Assembly (NCBI GenBank): GCA_041690135.1
Contig: JAWLHY010000012.1
Span: forward strand, 32,001-96,000
Origin: Armatimonadota bacterium
GTDB lineage: Bacteria; Armatimonadota; SYMT01
Direction: 5' to 3'
DNA length: 64,000 nt
Position 1 is the first letter of the stretch, and each line of letters starts with the position of its first letter. Both the position numbers and the translations under genes were made by a program. The notes beneath the pieces were generated by a model, which made no database searches, was not told the DNA's origin, and saw only the letters and a list, made by a program, of their open reading frames with translations. Shown piece by piece: positions 20,569 through 31,314 of this stretch.

Positions 20569-22343
20569 CGAACCGCCTTCTGGTAGTAAGCGGCCATCTC
20601 CGTCTTGAACTCCGGGTTCACCACCAGGTGATACCCGCGGCTGCCACCGGCGGAGGTAGGACGCCAGGAGATCCGCAGGGTGTCGTAGAGGCGACCCATC
20701 GCGTACTCCAGCACCTTGCGGTCCCAGTCTCGGGAGGGGCGCTTGATCTGGAACACCAGACCCGTCGAATGGAACTCGGGATCCCGCGGCACGCCTTCCG
20801 GCAGCGGCGGATCGGGATACCGCTGCTTCCAGAGGGAGCGGTAGGCGTTGGACTGGACCATCGATACCACGCTGAGGGTCTCCTTGCCTCCGAAGCTGCG
20901 ATAGAGGTGCGCCACACGGAGCAGCGCGCCCATCGCTTCCGGGCGCAGGCCCTTGTGCAGGCTGGTGCTGCCGGGGTCGAGCGCGGCCAGGTTGTCGGTC
21001 CGCAGCCCCAGCGCAGGAGCGTTACGGGGGAACGCCACCAGGGTGCCGTTGAGGTAGGCTTCCCGGAGCGCAGCATTATTCGCGAACTGGAGCGGCTCCG
21101 GATCCGGGTAGTAGGCGGCGTCGGCGTTCATGCCCGGCTGCAATTCCTGCCACTGCCGCTCGAACTCCTTCGGGTCCTTGCGGTAGAGGTTGAGGGCGCG
21201 CTCCGCCATCAACACCTTCCACCAGTAATACCGGTGGTCGTCGCTCCGGCCGAACAGGTAGGAGAAGGCGCCCGGCGTGGCGGTGGGCGTCACCCCACGG
21301 TACAGCTCCGCATAGGAGAGGCGGCTCTGCCCGGGGATGGAGGTCCCGCGGCTGGCGAGCAGCGTGCGCCGGCCCGCGGCTTCCGAGTAGAGACGGATCG
21401 TCCGGTTCGCGCCACCCTCGCCGCCGTGGTACGCCTGCAGCGCCCAGTCCACCCCGCCGTAGCGGCGCGTCAGCTTCACCAGGTAGCGGGTTTGTGCGGT
21501 GATCGCCTTGGCTGGGTCGTATCGCTCGTCCACGGCACGGCGGCGCAGCACCAGCTTCTGACGCTGGCTCTTGCGGTAGGCAAGCCATTGGTCGCGGGTC
21601 CATTCACCGGCCGGGGCCGTCACATTCTCCGCGGAGGGGGCGGGCAGGAGGGAAGCATCCGCCGAGGCGGCGACCACTTCGGCTTCGGGGACCGTGGGGA
21701 CCACGCCCTTCAGCCCGGACGGGACCGCACGGGTCCACACGACGGGCTGCGCTTCCAGCCACTCGATCTTCCGCTCGAGCTGGGCGATCTCCCGCGAGAG
21801 GGCCTCCGAGGCGCCCACGTTGATCTTCAAACCGCACTGGCGGCCCGTGCCGGCCAGGTACTGGGCCACCCCGATGGCATCCGCGATCGACCGCGCGTTC
21901 GGGTCCCCGCCGGACTCCAGGAGCAGATCGGCCTCCTGCTTGCCCTTGAAGTACTCCTTGTACTTCTCCACGGACATCCCCGAGGAGGCGGCCAGCTTGC
22001 GGAGATCCCCCTGGATGGAAGGCTGCTCGATGGCGCGGTCCACGTGCGGGCGGACGCTGGTCACCACCCGGCGCACCATCTCCAGGCTACGGAGCCGGCC
22101 CATGATCCGCTTCCGCTGCGCCTCGATCACGCTCTCGGAAGCGCCCGTCACGGCATCCGACGCGGTGGGGGTCCCTTCCGCTGCCACGGCCGGATCGGCG
22201 GGCAGCGACGCCAGGCTGGGAACGGGGGCGGCGTTCGACTGAAAGGTGCCGAGCTGGCGGCCGGAGCCGTAGCCGACGATGGCGAGACCCGCCGCCGCCG
22301 TGGTGTATTTCCAGGAGCGAGGCCAGAGATGCGGGGCCTTCAT
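20565..22343 (-). CDS. lytic transglycosylase (SLT) plus DUF5715-like C-terminal domain
   Basis: LLESGG, GVAQY, AYHGG SLT motifs; C-terminal LRPEA...FHSTG...YHLVV. Confidence 0.72.
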   Translation of the reverse strand: MKAPHLWPRSWKYTTAAAGLAIVGYGSGRQLGTFQSNAAPVPSLASLPADPAVAAEGTPTASDAVTGASESVIEAQRKRIMGRLRSLEMVRRVVTSVRPHVDRAIEQPSIQGDLRKLAASSGMSVEKYKEYFKGKQEADLLLESGGDPNARSIADAIGVAQYLAGTGRQCGLKINVGASEALSREIAQLERKIEWLEAQPVVWTRAVPSGLKGVVPTVPEAEVVAASADASLLPAPSAENVTAPAGEWTRDQWLAYRKSQRQKLVLRRRAVDERYDPAKAITAQTRYLVKLTRRYGGVDWALQAYHGGEGGANRTIRLYSEAAGRRTLLASRGTSIPGQSRLSYAELYRGVTPTATPGAFSYLFGRSDDHRYYWWKVLMAERALNLYRKDPKEFERQWQELQPGMNADAAYYPDPEPLQFANNAALREAYLNGTLVAFPRNAPALGLRTDNLAALDPGSTSLHKGLRPEAMGALLRVAHLYRSFGGKETLSVVSMVQSNAYRSLWKQRYPDPPLPEGVPRDPEFHSTGLVFQIKRPSRDWDRKVLEYAMGRLYDTLRISWRPTSAGGSRGYHLVVNPEFKTEMAAYYQKAVR

Positions 22344-22490
22344 GGTACTGCTTCCCCTGCATGCGCGCGGCCGGGGCCGCGAGAAAAGAGTTCAGGCAGA
22401 TAGCTGCGGTAGACCTGAGTATCCTTGGAGATCCCGGTCCCTGTCAACCAACGTACACGGGCTCAAGGAGAAAGGGCATGGTAGCCCGCT

Positions 22491-23429
22491 CTAGGAACGG
22501 CCAGGGACCGGGAGGTTCTTGAGCACCTGGGGCTCACGCGGCGGGTGAGCGGGACGACGGTGGAAACGGACCAGGGCGCCGGTGGGACGGCCCTTGGGCG
22601 GCACCTGGAAATAGAGCTGCCCCGAAACCGCTATGGGTACCTTCCCCGCGCCGGCGGTGCGGGCGGGAATACGACGGAGGGAGGCGGAGAGCAGGGGAGT
22701 GGCCCCGCCGCCCTCCAGCAGCAGGTGCCCGGAAACGTCCAGGGTGGGGTCGAAGAGCTCGGCGGAACCATTGCTGAAGGCCAGGATCACGGCTTCCGTG
22801 GGCGGGTTTCCCGGCGGGGTCGTTTTGCGGAACACCCGCGCGTCGAAGGAGAGCTTCTTCGCCAGGAACTGTCCCTTGGGCGGGAGCGCCGGAGGTTGAT
22901 AGGGCGCCGTCCCGAAGCGCTGGACCGTCAGCGCCCAGCCCTCGCCCCGGCGTGGCTGGGGCGTCCCATCCTGCAGGCCTTCCAGCCGGAACTCCAGAAA
23001 GTCGTCCCCCCGCAGGCGCGGGAGGTTGACGCGCAGGTCCACGCTCTTGACCTTCCGGTCCGGCATGCTGAAGCCGAGCGTGAAGCGGAGGCGCTGCGGA
23101 TCTTCCGGCAGCGAGCCGCCCCGCAGCCAGCGGCACGGTAGGACGGTCTTGCCGGCCAGCACCTGGAAGTCCTCCCGCAGCGGCTGCACCCGGCGAAGCT
23201 GCAGGGGATCCGGCCCCGAGATCTCCAGCATAACGGCGAGGAACTCTTCCTTCTTCCCCAGGTCGTAGGTGCGCGCCACCTCGACCACTTCCGGACGGAT
23301 ATTACCACCCGGCCGTTGGGCGGCACTCGGCGAAGCAACCAGGAGGAGCGCAAGCATCAGGCCCCGGACAAGGGGTCCGGAGGCCGGTGTCCGCAAGAAG
23401 CGGTTACTGCCGTTTCGATACAGCTTCAT
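22491..23429 (-). CDS. hypothetical secreted protein
   Basis: signal-like LMLALLLVASPSAAQ; overlaps the end of the anti-sigma gene. Confidence 0.65.
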   Translation of the reverse strand: MKLYRNGSNRFLRTPASGPLVRGLMLALLLVASPSAAQRPGGNIRPEVVEVARTYDLGKKEEFLAVMLEISGPDPLQLRRVQPLREDFQVLAGKTVLPCRWLRGGSLPEDPQRLRFTLGFSMPDRKVKSVDLRVNLPRLRGDDFLEFRLEGLQDGTPQPRRGEGWALTVQRFGTAPYQPPALPPKGQFLAKKLSFDARVFRKTTPPGNPPTEAVILAFSNGSAELFDPTLDVSGHLLLEGGGATPLLSASLRRIPARTAGAGKVPIAVSGQLYFQVPPKGRPTGALVRFHRRPAHPPREPQVLKNLPVPGRS

Positions 23430-23904
23430 CTTGAGCGGCAGAGGGGGCAAAAGGCGAGGGAGCGAGCATGACCTGGCGCCCGGTCTCTTCATCGTCCACC
23501 ACCACTAGGGCCGGGAGCGGCGTCGCCGGAGTCGTTACCGGCGAGCGGGCAGCGGAAGAGCGAAACCCTTTGGGCGACACCCCAACCACCGCCACGGTCG
23601 CGGCGACCAGCGCCAGCCCCGCGACACCGGGAGCGACCCGGCCCCCCGGCAGCCGTTGCCACCACCGGCGGCTACGCTCCCTGTCCTGGCGCAGGATCCA
23701 GGCGGCCGCCTCGCTCCCGGAAGGCAGCGAAACCTCCGGCGCCGGGTCCCCTCCCAGCAGCGACGGGAGCTTGCGATAGCTCTCCGCTTCCGCACGGCAA
23801 GCAGGGCAGCCCTCGAGGTGCTCCTCCAGTTGCCGGAGCTGTTGGAGCTCCATCTCCCCGTCCGCCCAGCCCGGCAGTAATCCCCGAACCTGACTACACT
23901 TCAT
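23404..23904 (-). CDS. zf-HC2 anti-sigma factor
   Basis: MKC...HLEGCPAC HxxxCxxC motif plus TM helix. Confidence 0.88.
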   Translation of the reverse strand: MKCSQVRGLLPGWADGEMELQQLRQLEEHLEGCPACRAEAESYRKLPSLLGGDPAPEVSLPSGSEAAAWILRQDRERSRRWWQRLPGGRVAPGVAGLALVAATVAVVGVSPKGFRSSAARSPVTTPATPLPALVVVDDEETGRQVMLAPSPFAPSAAQDEAVSKRQ

Positions 23905-23964
23905 AACAGCCGGTAAATCCTCTTCCGCCCACCCGCGCCCTAACCGCCAGAGGTTTAGTGTCTC

Positions 23965-24053
23965 GCTCTGTCGCCCCTCCAGGGCTCTTCTATGCGAACC
24001 TCGGGTCCGGGGGTTCACACCCCCGGCTATGCTCCTCTCGCCCCTCCGGGGCT
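23965..24053. repeat. dispersed REP-like element, family A
   Basis: CGCCCCTCCAGGGCT...GGGTCCGGGGGTTCACACCCCC...CGCCCCTCCGGG; second copy at 59288. Confidence 0.7.
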
Positions 24054-24181
24054 TTCTATCAGCTCATACCGAGAACCATAGTACCTTGCCAAATCCGCGC
24101 CCCGTTTCGCTACCCCATCTCTCCTTATCCTTATCTTCACCCCTCTTTATCCTTATCCCGGCTCCTCTTTATCCTTATCCG

Positions 24182-24766
24182 TCAGCTTTCCCACCACGCC
24201 TTCAACGCCTCTCGCAGGGCGATGCGGGCCCGGTAGGTCCGCGCGCGGGCCGCCTCCTCGCTGCAGCCCAGCACCTGCGCGATCTCCCGGTAGCCCAACT
24301 CGTGGTACTCCTTCAACACCAGGGCGCTCCGCTGATCTTCCGGGAGCTTCCGCAGCGCCTTCCGCACTTCTTCCTGGACCTCATGCCGCTCCAGGTCGTC
24401 CGCGGGCTCGTCCACGGCCGGGTAGCGGCACAGACGCTCATGGGCCCGCTGCGCGGCGCCCCGGCGGCGCAACTCCCCGATCGCCAGGTTCCTGCCGATC
24501 CGGAACAGCCAGGGGAGAAACCCGGACCCGGCGCGGTAGCGGTGGCGCGCCTGGTAGACGCGCAGGAAGGTCTCCCCCAGCAGGTCCTCCGCCAGGGCGC
24601 GGTCCCCCACCACGTGGTAGAGGAACGCGAAGAGACGCGACTTGTGGCGGTCGAACAGCAAGGCCAGGGCCTCGCCGTCCTCCGCCGCGACCCGGCCCAT
24701 GACCTCATCGTCCGTGAGGGCCGCCACCGGGATCGCCTGCATCGGAAGGGCTGTGTCCACGCTCAT
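24182..24766 (-). CDS. ECF RNA polymerase sigma factor
   Basis: AEDLLGETFLRVY, FLPWLFRIGRN, region 4 LGYREIAQVLG. Confidence 0.93.
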   Translation of the reverse strand: MSVDTALPMQAIPVAALTDDEVMGRVAAEDGEALALLFDRHKSRLFAFLYHVVGDRALAEDLLGETFLRVYQARHRYRAGSGFLPWLFRIGRNLAIGELRRRGAAQRAHERLCRYPAVDEPADDLERHEVQEEVRKALRKLPEDQRSALVLKEYHELGYREIAQVLGCSEEAARARTYRARIALREALKAWWES

Positions 24767-25081
24767 CTCAGAGGCAGTACGCACCCCGAAGTTGCAGCGT
24801 GACGGCACGGGTTACTTTTATCGACCGATGCCAGGCCTTACCCGTGCTCGGGTGCTCAGTTTCACCGTACTGCCACGCACTCCGGCCGAGGAGGCTCTTG
24901 TGTCTCCCACGCCCCCAGTGCACGAATCTTTACGCATCACGCGTCACTTGCCTGCCCGAGGCACCCGTCGCGTCATACCGCTCACTCCCTGCACGAGCAA
25001 GACACATCCCGTATAACGCTGCCGCAACCTCACCGCACTACCGGTGTCTCAATCCGCACGCTGAGGGAGGCCGCGAATCCG

Positions 25082-26401
25082 ATGATCGAACTGGGACAGG
25101 GAAAGATCCGGACCTGTGAAGGGGTCAGCCGCCGACGCCTGCTCACCGTCGGTGGCCTGGGCATGATGGGCCTTACCCTGGCCGACGCTTTGCGTGCTCG
25201 GTCCGCGCACGCCTCCCCGTCCACCGAAGGCGATCGCACCCGCTCCTGCATCTTCGTGTGGCTGGACGGCGGTCCCAGCCAGTACGAGACCTTCGACCCC
25301 AAGCCCGAGGCGGCCGTGGAGGTGCGCGGTCCCTACGGCGCCATCGAGACGAACGTCCCCGGGATCCGGATCAGCGAGCTGCTGCCGACCCTGGCGCGGC
25401 AGATGGACAAGTACACCATCATCCGGACCTTCACCCACGGGCTGGACCGCCATTCCCCCGTTCACGTAATGACCGGCTCCCCGAACGACTCGACGGCTTT
25501 TGGCGCCGTGGTGACCGCCATGAAGGAGCGGCGGAGCGTGCTGCCGCCCTACGTCCGCCTGGGTTCGCAGATTAGCGGGGTCGGCGGGGGAAAGCTGGGC
25601 GCCGCCTTCGATCCGGTCCAGGTGGAGAACCCGGGCGCCGGGAAGCTTGTCATCCCGGACTATGAGCGCCCCTCCGCCGTGGACGAGCTCCGGTTCAGTC
25701 GTCGCCGCGGTCTCCTCCAGGCGGTGGATCAGTTCCGGCGGGAAACGGATGCCGATCCGGCGTTGCGGACGAAAGACGCATCCTACCAGCAGGCGATGGG
25801 GCTCCTGACCTCCACCGAGGTGCGCGAAGCATTCGACCTCTCCCGCGAGCCGGCGAAGCTGCGCGCCCGGTACGGCGCCAACAAGTTCGGGCAGAGCTGC
25901 CTCCTCGCGCGCCGCCTGGTGGAGGCCGGGACCCGGTTCGTGGAGATCAAGTGGTTCGGCGACGTCGATTCCTCCGCCTACGACTCGTGGGACGTCCACG
26001 GGGCGGACCTCCCTGGTCTTTCCCGGCTGGAGCACCAGCTCTGCCCGCGCCTCGACCTGGCTTTCGCCGCCCTCCTCCAGGACCTACACGACCGCGGCCT
26101 GCTGGAGTCGACCCTGGTGGTGGCGCTCGGCGAATTCGGGCGCACCCCCAAGATCAACCCGCTGGGGGGCCGCGACCACTGGCCCGCCGCTCAATCCGTC
26201 TTCGTGGCCGGCGCCGGCACCCCCGCCGGGACCGTCATCGGCAGCACCGACGCGGACGGCGCCTACCCCGCCAGCCGCCCCGTGCCCCTGAACGACTTCA
26301 TCGTCACCTTCTACCGCCTCCTCGACCTCAACGCCAACCTGGACGACCGCCTGCGCCCCTTCATCCCCTCCGGCAACCTCGTCGACGAACTCCTGGGATA
26401 A
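25082..26401 (+). CDS. DUF1501 domain protein
   Basis: SRRRLL, CIFVWLDGGPSQYETFDPKP, LLARRLVEAG, GEFGRTP, GRDHWP. Confidence 0.92.
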   Translation: MIELGQGKIRTCEGVSRRRLLTVGGLGMMGLTLADALRARSAHASPSTEGDRTRSCIFVWLDGGPSQYETFDPKPEAAVEVRGPYGAIETNVPGIRISELLPTLARQMDKYTIIRTFTHGLDRHSPVHVMTGSPNDSTAFGAVVTAMKERRSVLPPYVRLGSQISGVGGGKLGAAFDPVQVENPGAGKLVIPDYERPSAVDELRFSRRRGLLQAVDQFRRETDADPALRTKDASYQQAMGLLTSTEVREAFDLSREPAKLRARYGANKFGQSCLLARRLVEAGTRFVEIKWFGDVDSSAYDSWDVHGADLPGLSRLEHQLCPRLDLAFAALLQDLHDRGLLESTLVVALGEFGRTPKINPLGGRDHWPAAQSVFVAGAGTPAGTVIGSTDADGAYPASRPVPLNDFIVTFYRLLDLNANLDDRLRPFIPSGNLVDELLG

Positions 26402-26428
26402 TCGGAACCTCACCAGGGAGTCCGAACT

Positions 26429-26762
26429 TCACCACGGAGACACGGAGACACCAAGGGCACACGGAGAGGTTAGAAATAGACTACCGAGTGGTCGGAACTT
26501 CGCGCGAGTAACGAATACTCTGCCACGATAACTCGGCACGCGTTGATTGAACCGGGCGTGCTTGACGCTCTGCCGTCGGACAGCTAACCTGAGCCGGACC
26601 TCCGTGTTCCGGGACGCCTGAGTCATCCGCTGAAGTACCTGGGCTTGGTAACGGTCTGCATTGCATGCGTTGGACGTCCTCACGAAGCACCCGACATTCC
26701 CAGCAACAATCTCCATTCGGTCTCTCCGTGACCTACTCCGTGTCTCCGTGTCTCCGTGGTGA
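26429..26762. repeat. MITE-like segment bounded by 23-bp inverted repeats (TCACCACGGAGACACGGAGACAC)
   Basis: 26429-26451 is the reverse complement of 26740-26762; inner CACGGAGAG/CTCTCCGTG pair. Confidence 0.75.
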
Positions 26763-26792
26763 GAATCGCCCCGAGAATTCCGTGCCGGCCTG

Positions 26793-27863
26793 ATGAATAT
26801 CTGCCAGATCATTACCCCCTCCAAGATCGCGGGGGCGGAACGTTCCACGCTCGGGCTCTGCGAGCACCTGCAGAAGGCCGGGCACCGCGTAGTTATCGGG
26901 TGCAAGGCGGGGAGCCCGCTGATCGAGGTGATGCGCGCGGCGGACCTGGACGCCCGGCCCCTGGAGATCTCCGGCAAGCTCAACCCCCAGGCGCCGTTCC
27001 GGGTCGCCCGCTTCGCCCGGGAGATGGAGGCGGCGGTCCTTCACAGCCAGTTGAGCACCGCCGCCTGGCACGCCAGCCTCGCCGCTCGCTTGCTCCGCCT
27101 GCCGTGCGTGGCGCACGTCCGGGCACTCAACAGCCCCCACTGGTACCGCCTCGCCACTCGGGTCATCGCCGTCTCGCACGCCGTAAAGGACCACCTCGTC
27201 GCACAGGGGATGCCGGCCGAGCGCATCGACGTCGTGTACAACGGCGTGGACCCCGCCCGCTACTACCTGCCCTGCACCCGGGAAGAGGCGCGTGCCCGGC
27301 TGCAGCTCCCCGCAGATGCACCCGTGGTCGGTGTGGTGGCCCACCTCACGGCCAAGAAGGGGCATGCCGTTTTCCTGGAGGCCTTCGCCGCCGCGCAGCA
27401 CCCCACCGCCGTGGCGCTGTTCCTGGGCGAGGGCGACGAGCGAGAGGCGCTGCAGGCGCAGGTCGAACGCCTGGGTCTGCAGGGGCGGGTCCTCTTCGCC
27501 GGCTTCCATAAGGACGTGCTCCCCTATTACGCGGCCATGGACGTGGTGGTGCTGCCCTCCGTCGAGGGGGAAGGCCTCCCGCGGGCGCTGCTGGAGGGAG
27601 GGCTGCTGGAGCGCGCCACGATCGGCACCCGGCTCAGCGGCGTTCCGGAGATCGTCCGGGATGGAGAGACCGGCTTCGTGGTTCCCGTGGGTGACGCTCC
27701 CGCCATGGCCGAGAAGCTACGGATTTTGCTGGACGACCCCTCCCTCCGCCAGGGGATGGGCCGGTCCGCGCGCGAGTGGGTCGGCAGCACCTTTACGGTC
27801 GAGGCCATGGTCTCCGGCACCCTGGCTACCTACGCCCGGGCCGGCGCCAGGATCGTTTCCTAA
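26793..27863 (+). CDS. glycosyltransferase family 4
   Basis: GAER, VYNGVD, KKGH, EGLPRALLE, GVPEIV. Confidence 0.93.
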   Translation: MNICQIITPSKIAGAERSTLGLCEHLQKAGHRVVIGCKAGSPLIEVMRAADLDARPLEISGKLNPQAPFRVARFAREMEAAVLHSQLSTAAWHASLAARLLRLPCVAHVRALNSPHWYRLATRVIAVSHAVKDHLVAQGMPAERIDVVYNGVDPARYYLPCTREEARARLQLPADAPVVGVVAHLTAKKGHAVFLEAFAAAQHPTAVALFLGEGDEREALQAQVERLGLQGRVLFAGFHKDVLPYYAAMDVVVLPSVEGEGLPRALLEGGLLERATIGTRLSGVPEIVRDGETGFVVPVGDAPAMAEKLRILLDDPSLRQGMGRSAREWVGSTFTVEAMVSGTLATYARAGARIVS

Positions 27864-27948
27864 ATCTTCACGCCGGCGGGAGATCGTTGGGACCGAAGGC
27901 GGAGATCCGGACATACTGAAACACGTAGGTATCTCCGGGGAATTTCAC

Positions 27949-29070
27949 ATGTCGAGACGGAAAGGGCCGGGGATCTTCCCCGTGCTTCTGATACTGGCGA
28001 CCGGGTTCCTTTCGGCCCGGACTGCCGGGGCCGCCGCGCCGGATCCGCTGGCGCGCGGGAAGGCGATCTTCCAGAGCCAGTGCGCGCGTTGTCACGGGGA
28101 CGACGGCGCCGACGTCACCAGCTATCCGAACATCAAGAGCCTGGTGGACATCACCCAGCGGATGTCTGCCCAGGACGTGATCGAAAAATCGAAGGGCTTC
28201 GCCTCGTTGCCGATCGAGGGACAGGACGCGGCTGCCCTTTATGCCTTCCTGGGCACCCTGCGTACCGGGGGCTACGCGAACCCGAACCTGCTGGTCGAGA
28301 CGAGCTGGGTTGCCGCTCATCTTCAGGACCCGGCGGTCCGCGTGGTGGACATGCGCTCCGACACGGCCTATGCGGCGGGCCACATTCCAGGCGCCATTCT
28401 CCTGGCGGAAGGGCCACTCCGCAGCGAGGATGACCGCGAGAGCTACCTTCCCAACCTGGAAGCCTTCGCGTCCCTGATGCGCACCGCCGGCATTGGCAAC
28501 GGCACGCACGTCGTCATCTACGACGACCAGGGAGGCCGCTCGGCTGCCCGCCTCTGGTACGTGCTGAACGCTTACGGCCACGAGCGAGTCAGCCTGGTCA
28601 ACGGCGGCTGGAGCAAGTGGACCGCGGAAAAGCGGCCGGTTTCAATGGAAGCGGTGGCGCCCACGCCCGTGAAGTTCCAACCGCGCCTCACACCGACCTT
28701 GAGCTGCCCATCGGCTCGCGTGCTGGCCCGGAAGCCGGGGGTGGTGTTTCTCGATACCCGCTCCGCCGCCGAATACACAGGAGAACGCCCCTCGGGTGGC
28801 GGCCAGGGACACATCCCCGGCGCCGTGAACGTGGAGTGGAAAGAGAACGTAACCGGGCCGCACCAGGTGTTCAAGACGGGACCGGAGCTGAAGAAGCTGT
28901 ACGCCAGCAGGGGGCTGACGCCGGATAAGGAGATCGTCCCCTACTGAGCGACCGGCGGGCGTGCGGCGCACGCCCTCTTTACGCTGAAGCTCCTCGGGTA
29001 CCCGAAGGTCCGCGTCTACTACGGCTCCTTTTCCGACTACACCCGCCGCAAGGCCCCGGTGGAAAAATAG
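27949..29070 (+). CDS. cytochrome c-tandem rhodanese sulfurtransferase fusion, probable selenoprotein (UGA at 28945-28947)
   Basis: signal peptide, CARCH heme motif, GHIPGA twice, EIVPY-UGA-ATGGRAA continuing in frame to VRVYYGSFSDY...EK-TAG. Confidence 0.85.
28957..28975 (+). promoter_or_regulatory. candidate bacterial SECIS hairpin
   Basis: GGGCGTGC-GGC-GCACGCCC; loop begins 17 nt after the UGA. Confidence 0.7.
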
Positions 29071-29260
29071 GAGCGCGGTCGTCCTGCCCGCCAGTCGATG
29101 GGGTTATCCGCGAATTGCGCGAATGAAGCGAAGGGGAAGAACAGTTGATAGGCAGCCCCCAGGTAGTCGGTAGGGTTCGGCTGTGCACCTCGTAGGATCA
29201 TCGGGCCTTCTCGGCCGGGATCATGTTTCAGTTCCAGGAGTGCATCCCGGCAGGTATGCC

Positions 29261-29432
29261 GTGGGGCGGGCGTCCCGCCCGTCAGAGTTCGATCACGATC
29301 ACCCAGGGATTCTGCGAGCCGCGGAGAGTGGGGCGGGCATCTTGCCCGCCTCGGCTATCGGTTAGCAAAGAGTGGCGCGGGCGTCTCGCCCGCCCGAGGT
29401 CGATCACGATTCAGATCACGATCACGATCACG
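29261..29432. repeat. cluster of three REP-like palindromes, family B, with GATCAC linkers
   Basis: GTGGGGCGGGCGTCCCGCCCG, GTGGGGCGGGCATCTTGCCCGC, GTGGCGCGGGCGTCTCGCCCGC. Confidence 0.75.
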
Positions 29433-29532
29433 AAAAGGATTCTACGTACACAAAACGGGCATCCGTCCCACCCATCCTTATCCTAATCGTAATCCTCGCC
29501 CCAATCGGCCGTAGGCCCCTTCATCCTTCGCC

Positions 29533-30718
<1,186 letters not shown>

Positions 30719-30735
<17 letters not shown>

Positions 30736-30838
30736 CAAGACTGGGCAGTGGGAAGAGTGGTATCGGGTAAATGTCCCCAGGGCGGACGACCTCTACGAGG
30801 ATTACCTCGAGGAGTTGAAGCGCGAAGGCTTGCTCTGA
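30719..30838 (+). pseudogene. C-terminal remnant of a RelE/HigB (Gp49-like) toxin
   Basis: LSGGDKTGQWEEWYRVNVPRADDLYEDYLEELKREGLL directly upstream of an XRE antitoxin. Confidence 0.7.
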
Positions 30839-30896
30839 ACAAAGTGGCATTCCGCTTACCAAACCCACCACCAGTGGACCCAAACGAAAGGACCTT

Positions 30897-31292
30897 ATGC
30901 GAACCCACAAGTGGAGTGACATCCAAGCGAAGTACGGCAAACCCGAGCGCGAGGCTTATCGGGCGGAAGTAGCAGCCGAGTTCGAAGCGGAACGCGCCAC
31001 CCTACGCCAACTCCGGAAGGCCAAGACCCTGACGCAGCAAGAATTGGCACGGCGGCTGGAGACTAGCCAGGCGGAGATCTCTCGGATGGAACGCCGAGCA
31101 GATATGTACGTTTCGACCCTGGCCCACTACGTGGAAGCGTTAGGGGGACGGTTGGAGATTTCCGCTGTTTTTGATGAACACAGGGTGGCGATCTCTCTTG
31201 ACGATCTGGCTAGCCAGTCCCCAGACGGACCCGCTGTAGAGAAGGCTGAATGCAACCTTGCAGAGCGGGCCGAACCTCTAGTGACGAAATAA
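30897..31292 (+). CDS. XRE-family HTH protein (HigA-like antitoxin)
   Basis: LRQLRKAKTLTQQELARRLETSQAEISRMERRADMYVSTL..YVEALGG. Confidence 0.88.
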   Translation: MRTHKWSDIQAKYGKPEREAYRAEVAAEFEAERATLRQLRKAKTLTQQELARRLETSQAEISRMERRADMYVSTLAHYVEALGGRLEISAVFDEHRVAISLDDLASQSPDGPAVEKAECNLAERAEPLVTK

Positions 31293-31314
31293 ACGTGGAC
31301 CATTCAACCGTGTG

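Noticed and set aside
20091-22403. 770-aa plus-strand ORF and similar long antisense ORFs (1234-2961, 47622-49199, 56401-57909, 62146-63315)
   Set aside because: Shadow ORFs opposite well-supported genes, expected in high-GC DNA
27292-27948. N-terminal extension of the rhodanese ORF
   Set aside because: It overlaps the glycosyltransferase in another frame; ATG 27949 gives a proper signal peptide
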